Shown here one piece after another: positions 1 through 8,629 of a DNA stretch of 59,035 nt (positions are counted from its first letter, which is position 1; every line of letters starts with the position of its first letter). The notes beneath the pieces are model-generated. The model had not been told where the DNA came from, did no database searches, and saw only the letters and a program-made list of their open reading frames with translations. Origin of the DNA: Nitrososphaera sp. (GTDB taxonomy: Archaea > Thermoproteota > Nitrososphaeria > Nitrososphaerales > Nitrososphaeraceae). The DNA lies in assembly GCA_035620415.1 (NCBI GenBank), contig DASPGV010000067.1:1-59035 (forward strand), written 5' to 3'. The position numbers were made by a program, and so were the translations under genes.

Positions 1-2
1 TG

Positions 3-512
3 ATGGTTTACGATAGGGCAAGGACCGCGTTGGCTGATCGCCGCTACAGGGCCGACGAGGCAGTTGTCGAAGCAGTCGTTCTCGAGTACACGCGCAGGTT
101 GCGCGACTACGACAGGGTGATTGCAGAGCTCCGGTCAAGGGTTGACGTCATGGAAGTGAGATCGCAGCCGCCTCAGGCAACGACATCACAACCGCAACAT
201 GTGTCACACCAGCCGCAACCTCACGTAGCGCCGGTGAGTGACCCCCTAGCAGTCACACAGCACGCGGTGGTTGAGAATGAAGGCAACGGCACAATTGATT
301 ATATTTTGAAGTTGCTTGTGGAAAAGCCGCGCACCTCAAGAGAGGTGCAGCTTGCAGTCGGCCGGACGCGCGAGCACACAGCCCGCCTCATGAAGAAACT
401 TCACGACTCTGGCCTCGTAAGCAGGGACATCAACGCCAAGCCTTTCCGGTATAATATCACTGACGCAGGTCGAGAGAGGTTGGAGGAGAAGGTTGCGCCG
501 CCTGCTGTCTAG
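3..512 (+). CDS. Coiled-coil + C-terminal winged-helix (MarR-like) protein, probably 5'-truncated by the window edge
   Basis: C-terminus ILKLL..PRTSREVQ..VGRTREHTARLMKKL..GLV.R...PFRY.IT..G is a typical wHTH; N-terminal part is helical with a Q/P/H-rich linker. Confidence 0.8.
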   Translation: MVYDRARTALADRRYRADEAVVEAVVLEYTRRLRDYDRVIAELRSRVDVMEVRSQPPQATTSQPQHVSHQPQPHVAPVSDPLAVTQHAVVENEGNGTIDYILKLLVEKPRTSREVQLAVGRTREHTARLMKKLHDSGLVSRDINAKPFRYNITDAGRERLEEKVAPPAV

Positions 513-888
513 TTACCTTGTAGATCCACTCTTTGCCCTGGCGGGTTCTCGCCAGTTTGCCTCGGTCTGAGTACCTCGAGAGGTAGGTCGAGATGATGGA
601 AAGCTTGATCGGCTCGTTGTACTGGTCCTCGTATAATTCCAGGATGTCTGTCGAGGTAAAGCCGCTGTAGGGGAACTTGCTCTCAACGACGCCCCAGATC
701 TTGTCGCCCACGGAGGCCGGCTTGGCAAAAGTCTCGCCTTCACCGTTTGACTCGATGTTGAGAAGATCCATGAACTCGACTATCTTCATTATCTTCTCCT
801 TGGACACGTTGCCCTCTAGTGAGAGGTTGTACTTACTCCCCTCCACGTCCTCCAACTCTATCTTGAACTTGCGCTTCCCCGAGCTCAT
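457..888 (-). CDS. Origin-adjacent protein with C-terminal winged-helix domain
   Basis: 143-aa ORF with FTSTDILELY...LSIISTYLSRY..RGKL.R.R.GKEWIY wHTH signature; divergent from cdc6 across the ORB region. Confidence 0.85.
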   Translation of the reverse strand: MSSGKRKFKIELEDVEGSKYNLSLEGNVSKEKIMKIVEFMDLLNIESNGEGETFAKPASVGDKIWGVVESKFPYSGFTSTDILELYEDQYNEPIKLSIISTYLSRYSDRGKLARTRQGKEWIYKVTRQQAAQPSPPTSLDLRQ

Positions 889-1056
889 ATTAAAGAGGTA
901 GCTTGACCTGTTAACGCCTTAACACTTAACACCAGCTCTCCCACTGTTGATAACAAACAGCTTAGCTCTTGTTAACCGCGCTTGAGAGATAAGCTATTCT
1001 GGTTAACAGATGTGCCTGACCAACCATTTTTCTTGTAAGAATGTGCCCATTTTGTA

Positions 1057-1077
1057 GTTCCAGTGGAAATGGAGGGG
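1057..1077 (+). promoter_or_regulatory. Origin recognition box (ORB) 1
   Basis: GTTCCAGTGGAAATGGAGGGG matches the archaeal ORB consensus (TCCAGTGGAAA + G-string). Confidence 0.9.
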
Positions 1078-1117
1078 TTCTGTCTGGGTTGGTTAACAGC
1101 GCCGGGCCGCCGTTAAC

Positions 1118-1138
1118 GCTCCAGTGGAAACAAAGGGG
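1118..1138 (+). promoter_or_regulatory. Origin recognition box (ORB) 2
   Basis: GCTCCAGTGGAAACAAAGGGG matches the ORB consensus with G-string. Confidence 0.9.
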
Positions 1139-1402
1139 TCGTTTTCTGGCTCTTTTTCCAGTATGGTCATGGGGCCTGTTAATAACAACTGATCGTCCGG
1201 CAATTGCTGGCACGGGGCGGCCCCTTGCTTTCTTGTGCAGGATCCTTCTCAACTCTTCCAACAACCAATGTCATCAAGCTATCATGTAGATCAGCTATAG
1301 TTGATTCGGCCGGTTAAAAACAACTTGTTAACTTGACCATTAAGGCAAAGTTAACAAGTTTCCCTTTGCAAAGGAAAAGAAGGGGTGGCGGCTGGTTAAA
1401 AT

Positions 1403-2632
1403 GTGCGCGCCCTTGATGATGATCATCAATTGAGCTTCGACATCGACAACATTTTCGAAAAAGCCGCAAGCGGCAAGTCGCTTGTCAAGAACCGGCAAGC
1501 GCTGACGATCGACTACGTGCCGGAGAAACTTCCATTCCGCGATGAAGAAGCAAAGACTCTGGCACAGGTCCTGTCGACCGTGTTCAAGGGCGCAAGGCCG
1601 TCAAACCTGCTGTTGTTCGGCAAGCCAGGCACGGGCAAGACCGCGGTAGCAAGAAACGTTGTAGAAAGGCTCCAGAAAAAATCCAACGAACTGAAGATCG
1701 ACGTAACAGTAATTTTCATCAACGCCAAGTCTGCCGGCAGCGCGTACAAGATTTTGTTCGAAGTCGCGGAGGAGCTCGGCATCAACAGGGAGCAGGGCAA
1801 GCAGGTCCACTTTACCGGCCTGTCGATGGGCGAAGCGACCGACAGGATCCTGCAATACATACAGAAGAAAAAACTACACTTTATCCTGATAGTTGACGAA
1901 ATAGACTCGCTTGTCGACAAGAGCGGCGACGACATACTATACAATTTCACGAGGGCCAACCAGCGGATGGGCAAGGGAGGCTTTGTCACCCTAATAGGCA
2001 TCTCGAACAGCTTGACGTTCAAGGACAAGCTCGACCCGCGCGTGAGGAGCAGCCTCAGCGAGGAGGAGGCCGTCTTCAACCCCTACACGGTGGACCAGCT
2101 GCGCCAGATCCTGCACGAGCGCTCCAAACTGGCGTTCAGCGAGGGAGCCGTCACCGACGCGGCTATCAACCTATGCGCGGCGGTGGCCGGCAGGGAGCAC
2201 GGCGACGCAAGGAAGGCGATAGACCTGCTCAGGGTCGCTGCAGAGCTTGCAGAAAGGGAGGGCGCAAGCAAAGTCGACGAAAAGCACGTTCGCGCTGGGC
2301 AGGACAGGATAGAAAGGGACGCGCCATTCATCGCGCTGAAAAACGCGCCGGCCCACCACAAGCTGGTGGTGATCGCTGTGACAAAGTCAAGGAGCGGGAT
2401 CACCGGCGACGTCTACGACACCTATCTTGCGCTCTGCAAGCAATCGGAGCAAAAGCCACTGACGCAGCGGCGCGTCACCCAGATAATAAACGAGCTCGAG
2501 CTCCTGGGCCTGGTGTCGACAGACGTCATAAGCCAGGGCCGCTACGGCAGGTCGCAAAAGATCAAGATATCTGTGCCGCAGACAACAGTAAGCGAAGCGC
2601 TCAAGGAAGATTTCGCGTCGCTCATTGATTGA
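1403..2632 (+). CDS. cdc6: Orc1/Cdc6 replication initiator
   Basis: Walker A GKPGTGKT, Walker B IVDEID, DPRVRSSL, GDARKAIDLLR, C-terminal wHTH (TQRRV..IINELELLGL..GRYGR). Confidence 0.98.
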   Translation: MRALDDDHQLSFDIDNIFEKAASGKSLVKNRQALTIDYVPEKLPFRDEEAKTLAQVLSTVFKGARPSNLLLFGKPGTGKTAVARNVVERLQKKSNELKIDVTVIFINAKSAGSAYKILFEVAEELGINREQGKQVHFTGLSMGEATDRILQYIQKKKLHFILIVDEIDSLVDKSGDDILYNFTRANQRMGKGGFVTLIGISNSLTFKDKLDPRVRSSLSEEEAVFNPYTVDQLRQILHERSKLAFSEGAVTDAAINLCAAVAGREHGDARKAIDLLRVAAELAEREGASKVDEKHVRAGQDRIERDAPFIALKNAPAHHKLVVIAVTKSRSGITGDVYDTYLALCKQSEQKPLTQRRVTQIINELELLGLVSTDVISQGRYGRSQKIKISVPQTTVSEALKEDFASLID

Positions 2633-4094
2633 AATCCTGGACGGACGGCTGGAGCGTCGCAAGGTTGACAAGTATCGCCAAGCCCGGCGTCGGGGTTATG
2701 CCCATCGTCTGCTGGAACTTTGTCTGGCTCTGCCACGCGCCCGAATTCACGACAAGGGTCCCGCGGTAGCTCTGAACGTCAGTCACGTGCACGTGCCCCG
2801 AATGGAAGACGTCCGGCACGTCTGTAATGACCAGCGTGTCCTCCAGCTCGGGCGCCACAGGCGTGCGTTCGCCATATGTCGGGGCGAGGTGGCGCGCTTT
2901 GAGAAGCACCTTCATGGCCTCGGCTGGCCTCGAATAGCTCAAACCCGGGGTAGTGGCAATGACGTCGTCAAGACCTTGACCGTGATACATCAACACCTTA
3001 ACCCCGTTCAGGCCCACAAAGGCAGGGTTGCCAATCATCGTGCAGTTTTCCAGACCATAAAGATGATCGCCGGGATCCTTGCCGGGGATGGCAGGCTGTG
3101 GAAGTGCCCTCCTGCCGAGATCGTGGTTGCCCGGTATCACCAACATCTTGATGTGCTTGGGCACGTTTGCAAGCAGCCGCGCGGCGTGGCTCATCTGCGT
3201 GCCGGCGTCCATTTCTAAAAGCTCTTTGTCCTGGTTTGGAAATATCCCAATTCCGTCGATCAGGTCGCCTCCGACGCAGAGGAACTTGATCTTGCGCACA
3301 ACGTCGTCGTCAGAAGACAGCCAATCCAGAAAGCGCAGGAATTCTTTTTCCATGAAATACTTGCTGCCTACATGGAGATCTGAAATCAAGACGGCATAAG
3401 CTTCCGACTTGCTCCTGTTGGGCAGGTGGTCGGGTATGTCCGGCGACATGACGCTCTTGACAGTCAGCCCCGGCATCCCCTTCCCATTTTCAAGCTCGAG
3501 CATGACCATCTGATCCATCGCAAGCGCGCCCGCCTGCTTTCTGGAGTCCTCGGACACTGCGGTCACCGTCAAAATGCCGGTATAGTCGTCGACTGCAATT
3601 TCAATTCCGTTCTTCTTGGTGCGCCTTGACATCAGCAGGCCCGCCACCATGGTCGAGTCGGCGCCCCCGTGGAGGCTTTTCTCGCCTCTCTGAACGAGCT
3701 TGGCGTTGCGGAATCCCTGCTTCACCGAGGCAATCTTGGATATGCGCCTGCTGTCCGGCCTCTGTGCCAGAATGCGCATCGACTTTTCAAACCTGCTCCT
3801 GAAAAGGGAGGCATAGCCTTCCGCGCCCTCTGCGGTGGTAACCTTGGACGTCGGATCCATCAATATCGCGCACCGCTGCTCTATCGGCCCCTCCTCTTTC
3901 TTGGGGCTCAGCAGCCCCCTGATGTCGTCCACAAGAATGACTGTGTTCTTTGACGGCTTTTTCGACTTGATTATCTCCTTGACCGTCTGGAGCACGTTGG
4001 CGTCGAGCCCCTTGAGCATCGCAAACGCGTCGGGGTGGATCTGGAAGCCCTTGCTGATTGCATACGATAGTGCACTAGAAACTTCATTCTGCAA
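2622..4094 (-). CDS. polB: DNA polymerase D small (DP1, exonuclease) subunit
   Basis: OB fold plus calcineurin-like phosphoesterase motifs SDLHVGS, GDLIDG, PGNHD, YHG, GHVH; likely start TTG 4094 (ORF track extends to 4157). Confidence 0.97.
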   Translation of the reverse strand: MQNEVSSALSYAISKGFQIHPDAFAMLKGLDANVLQTVKEIIKSKKPSKNTVILVDDIRGLLSPKKEEGPIEQRCAILMDPTSKVTTAEGAEGYASLFRSRFEKSMRILAQRPDSRRISKIASVKQGFRNAKLVQRGEKSLHGGADSTMVAGLLMSRRTKKNGIEIAVDDYTGILTVTAVSEDSRKQAGALAMDQMVMLELENGKGMPGLTVKSVMSPDIPDHLPNRSKSEAYAVLISDLHVGSKYFMEKEFLRFLDWLSSDDDVVRKIKFLCVGGDLIDGIGIFPNQDKELLEMDAGTQMSHAARLLANVPKHIKMLVIPGNHDLGRRALPQPAIPGKDPGDHLYGLENCTMIGNPAFVGLNGVKVLMYHGQGLDDVIATTPGLSYSRPAEAMKVLLKARHLAPTYGERTPVAPELEDTLVITDVPDVFHSGHVHVTDVQSYRGTLVVNSGAWQSQTKFQQTMGITPTPGLAILVNLATLQPSVQDFNQ

Positions 4095-4188
4095 ACGCGA
4101 GCCCCCGTTCGCTTTGTTGTCGGGCTTGATCCTTAAGTAGATTTCTGTACGCGGCACAGTTTTATCTTAGGATGCGCCAACACCGGCG

Positions 4189-4326
4189 TTGAAGAAATTC
4201 TGCGGCAGGTGCAAGAAAGAGCTGCCGGCCAACTCGAAATACCTGCTCTGCGAGGAGTGCCACAAGAGGGTGGTCATGACCGAGGAGGACCGGGAATTTT
4301 ACGAAAACTCTCGCCTGCACTATTAG
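4189..4326 (+). CDS. Small Zn-finger protein (45 aa, CxxC...CxxC), not in ORF track
   Basis: Manual translation MKKFCGRCKKELPANSKYLLCEECHKRVVMTEEDREFYENSRLHY; TTTTAT about 28 nt upstream. Confidence 0.7.
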   Translation: MKKFCGRCKKELPANSKYLLCEECHKRVVMTEEDREFYENSRLHY

Positions 4327-4367
4327 AGGCTAAGATTATAATTGGCGTAGCCACGATTTTCTGCTCG

Positions 4368-4829
4368 ATGGAGGTGCAGACCAGATCAAAGGTGGCAGTC
4401 GGCCTCTCGTTCTCGGCACTAGCCATGCTATATTCCGTCATGCTGGTGGGGGTCTACATCACTTCATCGCACCAGGGGCTATCCTGCCCGGACTGGCCGC
4501 TTTGCCCAAACGGCTTTGACATGCCTCCGGAGAAATACTTTTTCGAGCACTACCACCGCGTAATGGTGGTTATTGCCGCCGGGCTCGTCTATGCCACAGC
4601 TGCCTACGCGGTCAGGAACGCGACGCCGGCGCGCAAGACTGCCGTTTTGGCCGCGGTAATCGTGTCCGTGCAGATAACACTCGGCATGCTCGTGGTCAAC
4701 ACCCACCTAGAGCCCCTGCTCGTGGCGACCCACCTGTCCACTAGCATCCTGCTCTTTGCCATGACGCTCTTGACGTTCCTGACCTCCTACAGGCCGGCCA
4801 AGAAGCGGCAGGAATCATCAACTCTATAA
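4368..4829 (+). CDS. ctaA: Short-form heme A synthase (COX15/CtaA family)
   Basis: CPDWPLC motif, EHYHR, VATHL, four TM helices; ATG 4368 is the likely start. Confidence 0.85.
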   Translation: MEVQTRSKVAVGLSFSALAMLYSVMLVGVYITSSHQGLSCPDWPLCPNGFDMPPEKYFFEHYHRVMVVIAAGLVYATAAYAVRNATPARKTAVLAAVIVSVQITLGMLVVNTHLEPLLVATHLSTSILLFAMTLLTFLTSYRPAKKRQESSTL

Positions 4830-4882
4830 CAATTGACCAGCAGCCTTAATATCAAAAATATGTAAAGAACAGCAGGGGAGAG

Positions 4883-5248
4883 TTGAGCCAGACAATTCTT
4901 CTTGTTGACCAAAAGCCGAACACGGCAACCCTTATGACGGCCTATCTCCGCGCGGACGGCTTTGCAGTAGACCACACGCCCGACCCTTCCGAGGCGCTCA
5001 AGTTCGCCAGCCAGACGAAATATCAGGTAGTTATCACGGACCTCGTGATGCGCGGCATCACAGGGCTCGACCTATATAGGGAAATAAGGTCCTACGACGG
5101 CGAGGTCAGGTTCATGTTCATGCTCTCCGTCTCGGCAGAAGCGCTCAGGCTGATGGGGTCGCTTGACAGGGGCGACGTGATAAAAAAGGAGCCGTTGTCG
5201 ATAAACGAAGTCATCGGCAAGGTCCGCGCGGTCACGAATAGTCGCTGA
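4883..5248 (+). CDS. Stand-alone response-regulator receiver domain
   Basis: ILLVD.., VITDLVM.G.TG phosphoacceptor region. Confidence 0.85.
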   Translation: MSQTILLVDQKPNTATLMTAYLRADGFAVDHTPDPSEALKFASQTKYQVVITDLVMRGITGLDLYREIRSYDGEVRFMFMLSVSAEALRLMGSLDRGDVIKKEPLSINEVIGKVRAVTNSR

Positions 5249-5414
5249 ATATGCTGTTGATGTTGGCCAACAGATCGTTGCGCAGCTGGATCACTTTCCT
5301 GCGCTTCTCCCCGTCAAGGTCGGTCATCAGCAGCGCGTCAAGACCCTCCACCAGGTACTTGATGTTAGTCATGGTCAAAAGTGTCCTCTCCTCTTCCTGA
5401 TTTTTGCTTGCCAT
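5232..5414 (-). CDS. Small helical hypothetical protein (60 aa)
   Basis: MASKNQEEERTLLTM...; ATG preceded by TATA-like TTCTTAATAA at typical spacing. Confidence 0.6.
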   Translation of the reverse strand: MASKNQEEERTLLTMTNIKYLVEGLDALLMTDLDGEKRRKVIQLRNDLLANINSIFSDYS

Positions 5415-5510
5415 TTGCCCCTGTATATCATTGGTGCTGCTTGTTATTAAGAACGCCGGCATGTTTGTAACAGTAAATAGTAATAACTGGTTATTACTGC
5501 AACTCCAACC

Positions 5511-6431
5511 ATGGCAGAAAGCCAACAGGCGACAATAATCAACCTGCACAATTCGGGGATACCGGCGGAAACCATAGCGCTCCAGCTCGACATCAGCCTG
5601 GAGGAGGTCAACAGGGTGATAGCGGCCGCTGAAAACTCTGCTAGGCCGGCCGAGCCTCCAACGCTTGCGTCGTTCTACCTAGACGCCGTGGTCGACCTCG
5701 ATAAGGCGATCAAGGCGGCGCAGCAGCGCGTCTGGAAGGCCCTCAAGGTGGAGAGCAGGTTCGACCTCTCGGGCGAGGAGACGGACGAGGTGCTGTCGAA
5801 GCTGGCGAAATCAAAGGTGACTCTGGTGATACTCCACATCGACCTTGTCGGGTCGACAAGGCTGTCATCGACCCTCCCCGCGGACAGGCTCGCCGCGATT
5901 ATCCAGGCGTTCACGCAGGAGATGTCGATAACGATAACTTCCTACGGCGGCTACGTGCTAAAGTACGTGGGCGACGCGATACTGGCGTTCTTCCTTGCAA
6001 ACGACGACACGTACCTGCCATGCGTCAACGCGGTCAACTGCGCACGCTCGATGATCAAGATAATGCGGGAGGGGATAAACCCGATTTTGAACCAGTATGA
6101 TTACCCGGAGATGAACGTGCGCGTCGGAATCGACCTTGGCGAAAACGTGGTGGTGCAGTACGGCTGGGATACCTTCAAGGTCGACGGCAAAAAGCTGCAG
6201 CGGCCGCACTACGACATACTGGGCTACACGATCAACATCGCTACCAAAATGACGGCGCTAGCCAAGCCGGACCAGATAATGATAGGTCAGATGGTCTATG
6301 ACGTGCTTGACGACCGGCAAAAGACCACATTCCACCCGCTCCAGATAAACCCCGAAGTGTGGAGTTACGTGAGCGACTACTCGCACGGGATCTACCCGCT
6401 TTACGGCACCGCCGAGAGCGCGAGACAGTAG
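5511..6431 (+). CDS. Class III adenylate/guanylate cyclase with N-terminal HTH-like segment
   Basis: IDLVGST, KYVGDA, RVGIDLG, DILGYTINIATKM. Confidence 0.92.
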   Translation: MAESQQATIINLHNSGIPAETIALQLDISLEEVNRVIAAAENSARPAEPPTLASFYLDAVVDLDKAIKAAQQRVWKALKVESRFDLSGEETDEVLSKLAKSKVTLVILHIDLVGSTRLSSTLPADRLAAIIQAFTQEMSITITSYGGYVLKYVGDAILAFFLANDDTYLPCVNAVNCARSMIKIMREGINPILNQYDYPEMNVRVGIDLGENVVVQYGWDTFKVDGKKLQRPHYDILGYTINIATKMTALAKPDQIMIGQMVYDVLDDRQKTTFHPLQINPEVWSYVSDYSHGIYPLYGTAESARQ

Positions 6432-6463
6432 ATATATATCAGAAAAACAAGCTATTAGGACTA

Positions 6464-6979
6464 TTGCGTTCTATCGAGTATGAGGACTCGTTTGTCAAGA
6501 TTGCCGGCCTGATCGGGGGCGAGGAGTACATCAAGGTCGCCCGCGCTCTCCTGAACACAGAGGACGTCACCGACGAGGAGATCGCCAGCGCAACGGGATT
6601 AAAGATAAACATCGTGCGCAAGGTGCTCTACGACATGTTTGGCAAGGCGCTGATAACTGGAATCCGCGTCAAGGACGAAAAGAAAGGCTGGTTCGTTTAT
6701 CGGTGGCGCGCCAAGCAGGACCAGGTCGACAATTTCATCGACAACCAGAAGAAAAAGATCCTCGACAGGCTGCACAAGCGGCTAGAGTACGAAGAGTCTA
6801 CAGAATTCTATCATTGTGGAAATCACGACTGCCCGCGGGTAAAGTTCGACGCGGCCGTGGAATTGTTCTTCAAGTGCCCCAACTGCAAGGGGCCGCTCAA
6901 CATGGTCGACAACACGAAAGTGAAGGAAGCGCTGCGATACAAGATCGACCAGATAACGACCGACGTTTCAAAGAAATAG
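6464..6979 (+). CDS. tfe: Transcription factor E (TFE alpha)
   Basis: wHTH TDEEIA..TGL.IN.VRK.LY, GWFVYRW, Zn ribbon CxxxxC...CPNC; likely start TTG 6464. Confidence 0.95.
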   Translation: MRSIEYEDSFVKIAGLIGGEEYIKVARALLNTEDVTDEEIASATGLKINIVRKVLYDMFGKALITGIRVKDEKKGWFVYRWRAKQDQVDNFIDNQKKKILDRLHKRLEYEESTEFYHCGNHDCPRVKFDAAVELFFKCPNCKGPLNMVDNTKVKEALRYKIDQITTDVSKK

Positions 6980-7049
6980 GCGCGCGCGTTTCCACCAGTT
7001 CCAGTGGAGATTTGGAACATTTTATTCGGTTTTAGAAAAATTTTCAGAT

Positions 7050-7196
7050 CTAGTGGAAATACTTTCTCATAAAGTCGGACATCTTCATCCTGCCGGCGAC
7101 CTCCGCGTCATAGATCTCCTTGTGCTTGCTTGAGAAATGCTTCAGCGCTAATCTCACTTCTTCACCGCAGACCTTGCACTTTGCCTTGCCGAACAT
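7050..7196 (-). CDS. Small C2H2-type Zn-finger protein (48 aa), not in ORF track
   Basis: MFGKAKCKVCGEEVRLALKHFSSKHKEIYDAEVAGRMKMSDFMRKYFH. Confidence 0.8.
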   Translation of the reverse strand: MFGKAKCKVCGEEVRLALKHFSSKHKEIYDAEVAGRMKMSDFMRKYFH

Positions 7197-7221
7197 ACGT
7201 TCTGTAATAATGCGCTGGCTT

Positions 7222-7380
7222 TTAGCCTTTGGCCATTACGACGTCTTTCATGGTCCTGTAGATTTCCTGCATCTTCCGATGGTGCTCTGCTTTCGTGTAA
7301 TCTCCAGCTTGCATAGCGATACGCTCCATCTCCTCGTGGTAGGCGATCTTGCCGTCTATGGCGCCGGAATCCGAGACCAA
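7222..7380 (-). CDS. Small helical-hairpin hypothetical protein (52 aa), not in ORF track
   Basis: MVSDSGAIDGKIAYHEEMERIAMQAGDYTKAEHHRKMQEIYRTMKDVVMAKG; host-like codon usage. Confidence 0.65.
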   Translation of the reverse strand: MVSDSGAIDGKIAYHEEMERIAMQAGDYTKAEHHRKMQEIYRTMKDVVMAKG

Positions 7381-7514
7381 CTAGATAACGATCGTCATTA
7401 TTGCTTTTGAGCATTTTGGCTATATACAAAACACCTCTATTCTTGACAAACAATATCCTTTACTAGCGCGGCTGCAAAAAGTATCGCACGAACAACTCAT
7501 ACAGAGCTGGGCTG

Positions 7515-7751
7515 GTGTTATTCGTGGTAGGAGTTATCATATTTTTTGGACAAGGATACGTACTCTCACTTGTCAATATCATAATCACCCCATTCATATC
7601 AGCAGGATCCTACAGCATGATCTTCCAAGCGTACATCTGGATATACGTCGCCGTTCTGGTCCTGATAATTTCAGGAGTCGTGATGTTCTACAGGGGCCGC
7701 AAGGAAAGCGGCAATCAGCCAACATCCAGTGCTAATGTGGAGAGCGAGTAA
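7515..7751 (+). CDS. Small two-TM membrane protein
   Basis: Two hydrophobic segments; lower-GC region. Confidence 0.55.
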   Translation: MLFVVGVIIFFGQGYVLSLVNIIITPFISAGSYSMIFQAYIWIYVAVLVLIISGVVMFYRGRKESGNQPTSSANVESE

Positions 7752-7753
7752 TG

Positions 7754-8158
7754 TCATATGCCAAAGTGAGTCATCCTGTGAGTGTACAGCTCTTCGCTGT
7801 ATGGAGTAAAAAATCCGCAGATTTCGCAGGAAAACATTTCCATTTTGGATGGATGAAGAATCCTTCCGATCGTAAATGCTCCGCCGAATTCAATCACATC
7901 ATAGTCTTTGAATCTCGTTGTGTCTGACCTTAGAAATGACTGCAGAATCCACTTGGTCATTTCTTTTGGAACAAGGGCGCTGCGGTCAATCTGGATCTGG
8001 TTATCATCGGCAACGTATCTTACGAGTTCTCTGGCAACGCGCAGGTCTTTCCCCTTCTCAAGCTGCGACTGTTTTTCCAGCTCTGAAAACAGATATTCGT
8101 ATACATCATTGGCAAAGCCCTCCTCATCGGATACGCATGTTATTACGGTATAGCTCAC
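7754..8158 (-). CDS. Protein with C-terminal C2H2 Zn finger
   Basis: CEICGF......EL..HRMTH. Confidence 0.8.
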   Translation of the reverse strand: MSYTVITCVSDEEGFANDVYEYLFSELEKQSQLEKGKDLRVARELVRYVADDNQIQIDRSALVPKEMTKWILQSFLRSDTTRFKDYDVIEFGGAFTIGRILHPSKMEMFSCEICGFFTPYSEELYTHRMTHFGI

Positions 8159-8266
8159 TGCCGGAATAAATGGGTAAAAGGGATTATTCAGGGTTTCAAT
8201 AGATTTTCTTCAAACCGTAGTTACGGCCTCGATATCCCTTATTTAGTTTGACAATCTGTCTATGGC

Positions 8267-8458
8267 ATGAAAGGGGTTCACCAGCGTTCAGTAGAGACGT
8301 TTGATTCGCCCATAACAAGAAAGCAGACGTACACGTCGCTTCCCCGTCCGGTCCAGTGCGCACGGTGCAAGAACCTTGCCTACTGCAAGGTGATTTACGA
8401 CCTGGGATAAGTGATAAGGGTAGAGTTTCTATGCAAGGGGTGCTGTGACGCTAACTGA
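8267..8458 (+). pseudogene. Small Zn-ribbon gene interrupted by in-frame TAA (8408-8410)
   Basis: ...CARCKNLAYCKVIYDLG*VIRVEFLCKGCC; second CxxC lies after the stop; resembles intact 29339-29527. Confidence 0.55.
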
Positions 8459-8584
8459 GCCCAGCCTGCCGCTGCACGCAGGGCACCTTTCGATGGTCCT
8501 GCCGGCAACAGAAGAGGCGCACCAAAAGCACGATCCGCACAGGAGAAAGCGGACCTGCCTTGCGATATTTTCAAGCTTTTGCAT
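8429..8584 (-). CDS. Small Zn-finger protein (51 aa, CxxCFWC...CPxC), not in ORF track
   Basis: MQKLENIARQVRFLLCGSCFWCASSVAGRTIERCPACSGRLGSVSVTAPLA. Confidence 0.75.
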   Translation of the reverse strand: MQKLENIARQVRFLLCGSCFWCASSVAGRTIERCPACSGRLGSVSVTAPLA

Positions 8585-8629
8585 GTTAGATCGAAGTAGC
8601 CCAGCTTATGAGAAGTGACTTTAATATAG

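Larger units (their letters stand above)
910..1360. repeat. Dispersed GTTAAC palindrome array, including a perfect 13-bp inverted repeat (1322-1334 / 1348-1360)
   Basis: Exact GTTAAC at 910, 971, 1002, 1092, 1112, 1327, 1350; AACTTGTTAACTT-N13-AAGTTAACAAGTT. Confidence 0.85.
889..1402. other. Probable chromosomal replication origin (oriC)
   Basis: Non-coding gap directly upstream of orc1/cdc6, containing two ORB boxes and many short palindromic repeats. Confidence 0.85.

Noticed and set aside
962-1289. ORFs 962-1264 (-) and 1041-1289 (+) inside the origin
   Set aside because: No protein-like features; they overlap ORB boxes and repeats, so they are probably spurious
910-1360. Origin repeats as a CRISPR array
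   Set aside because: Repeats are only 6-13 bp, irregularly spaced, and no cas genes are present
4209-4367. N-terminal extension of the CtaA-like ORF (likewise extensions of tfe, the glycosyltransferase and 42328-43065)
   Set aside because: Extensions overlap other better-supported genes; internal starts fit family lengths
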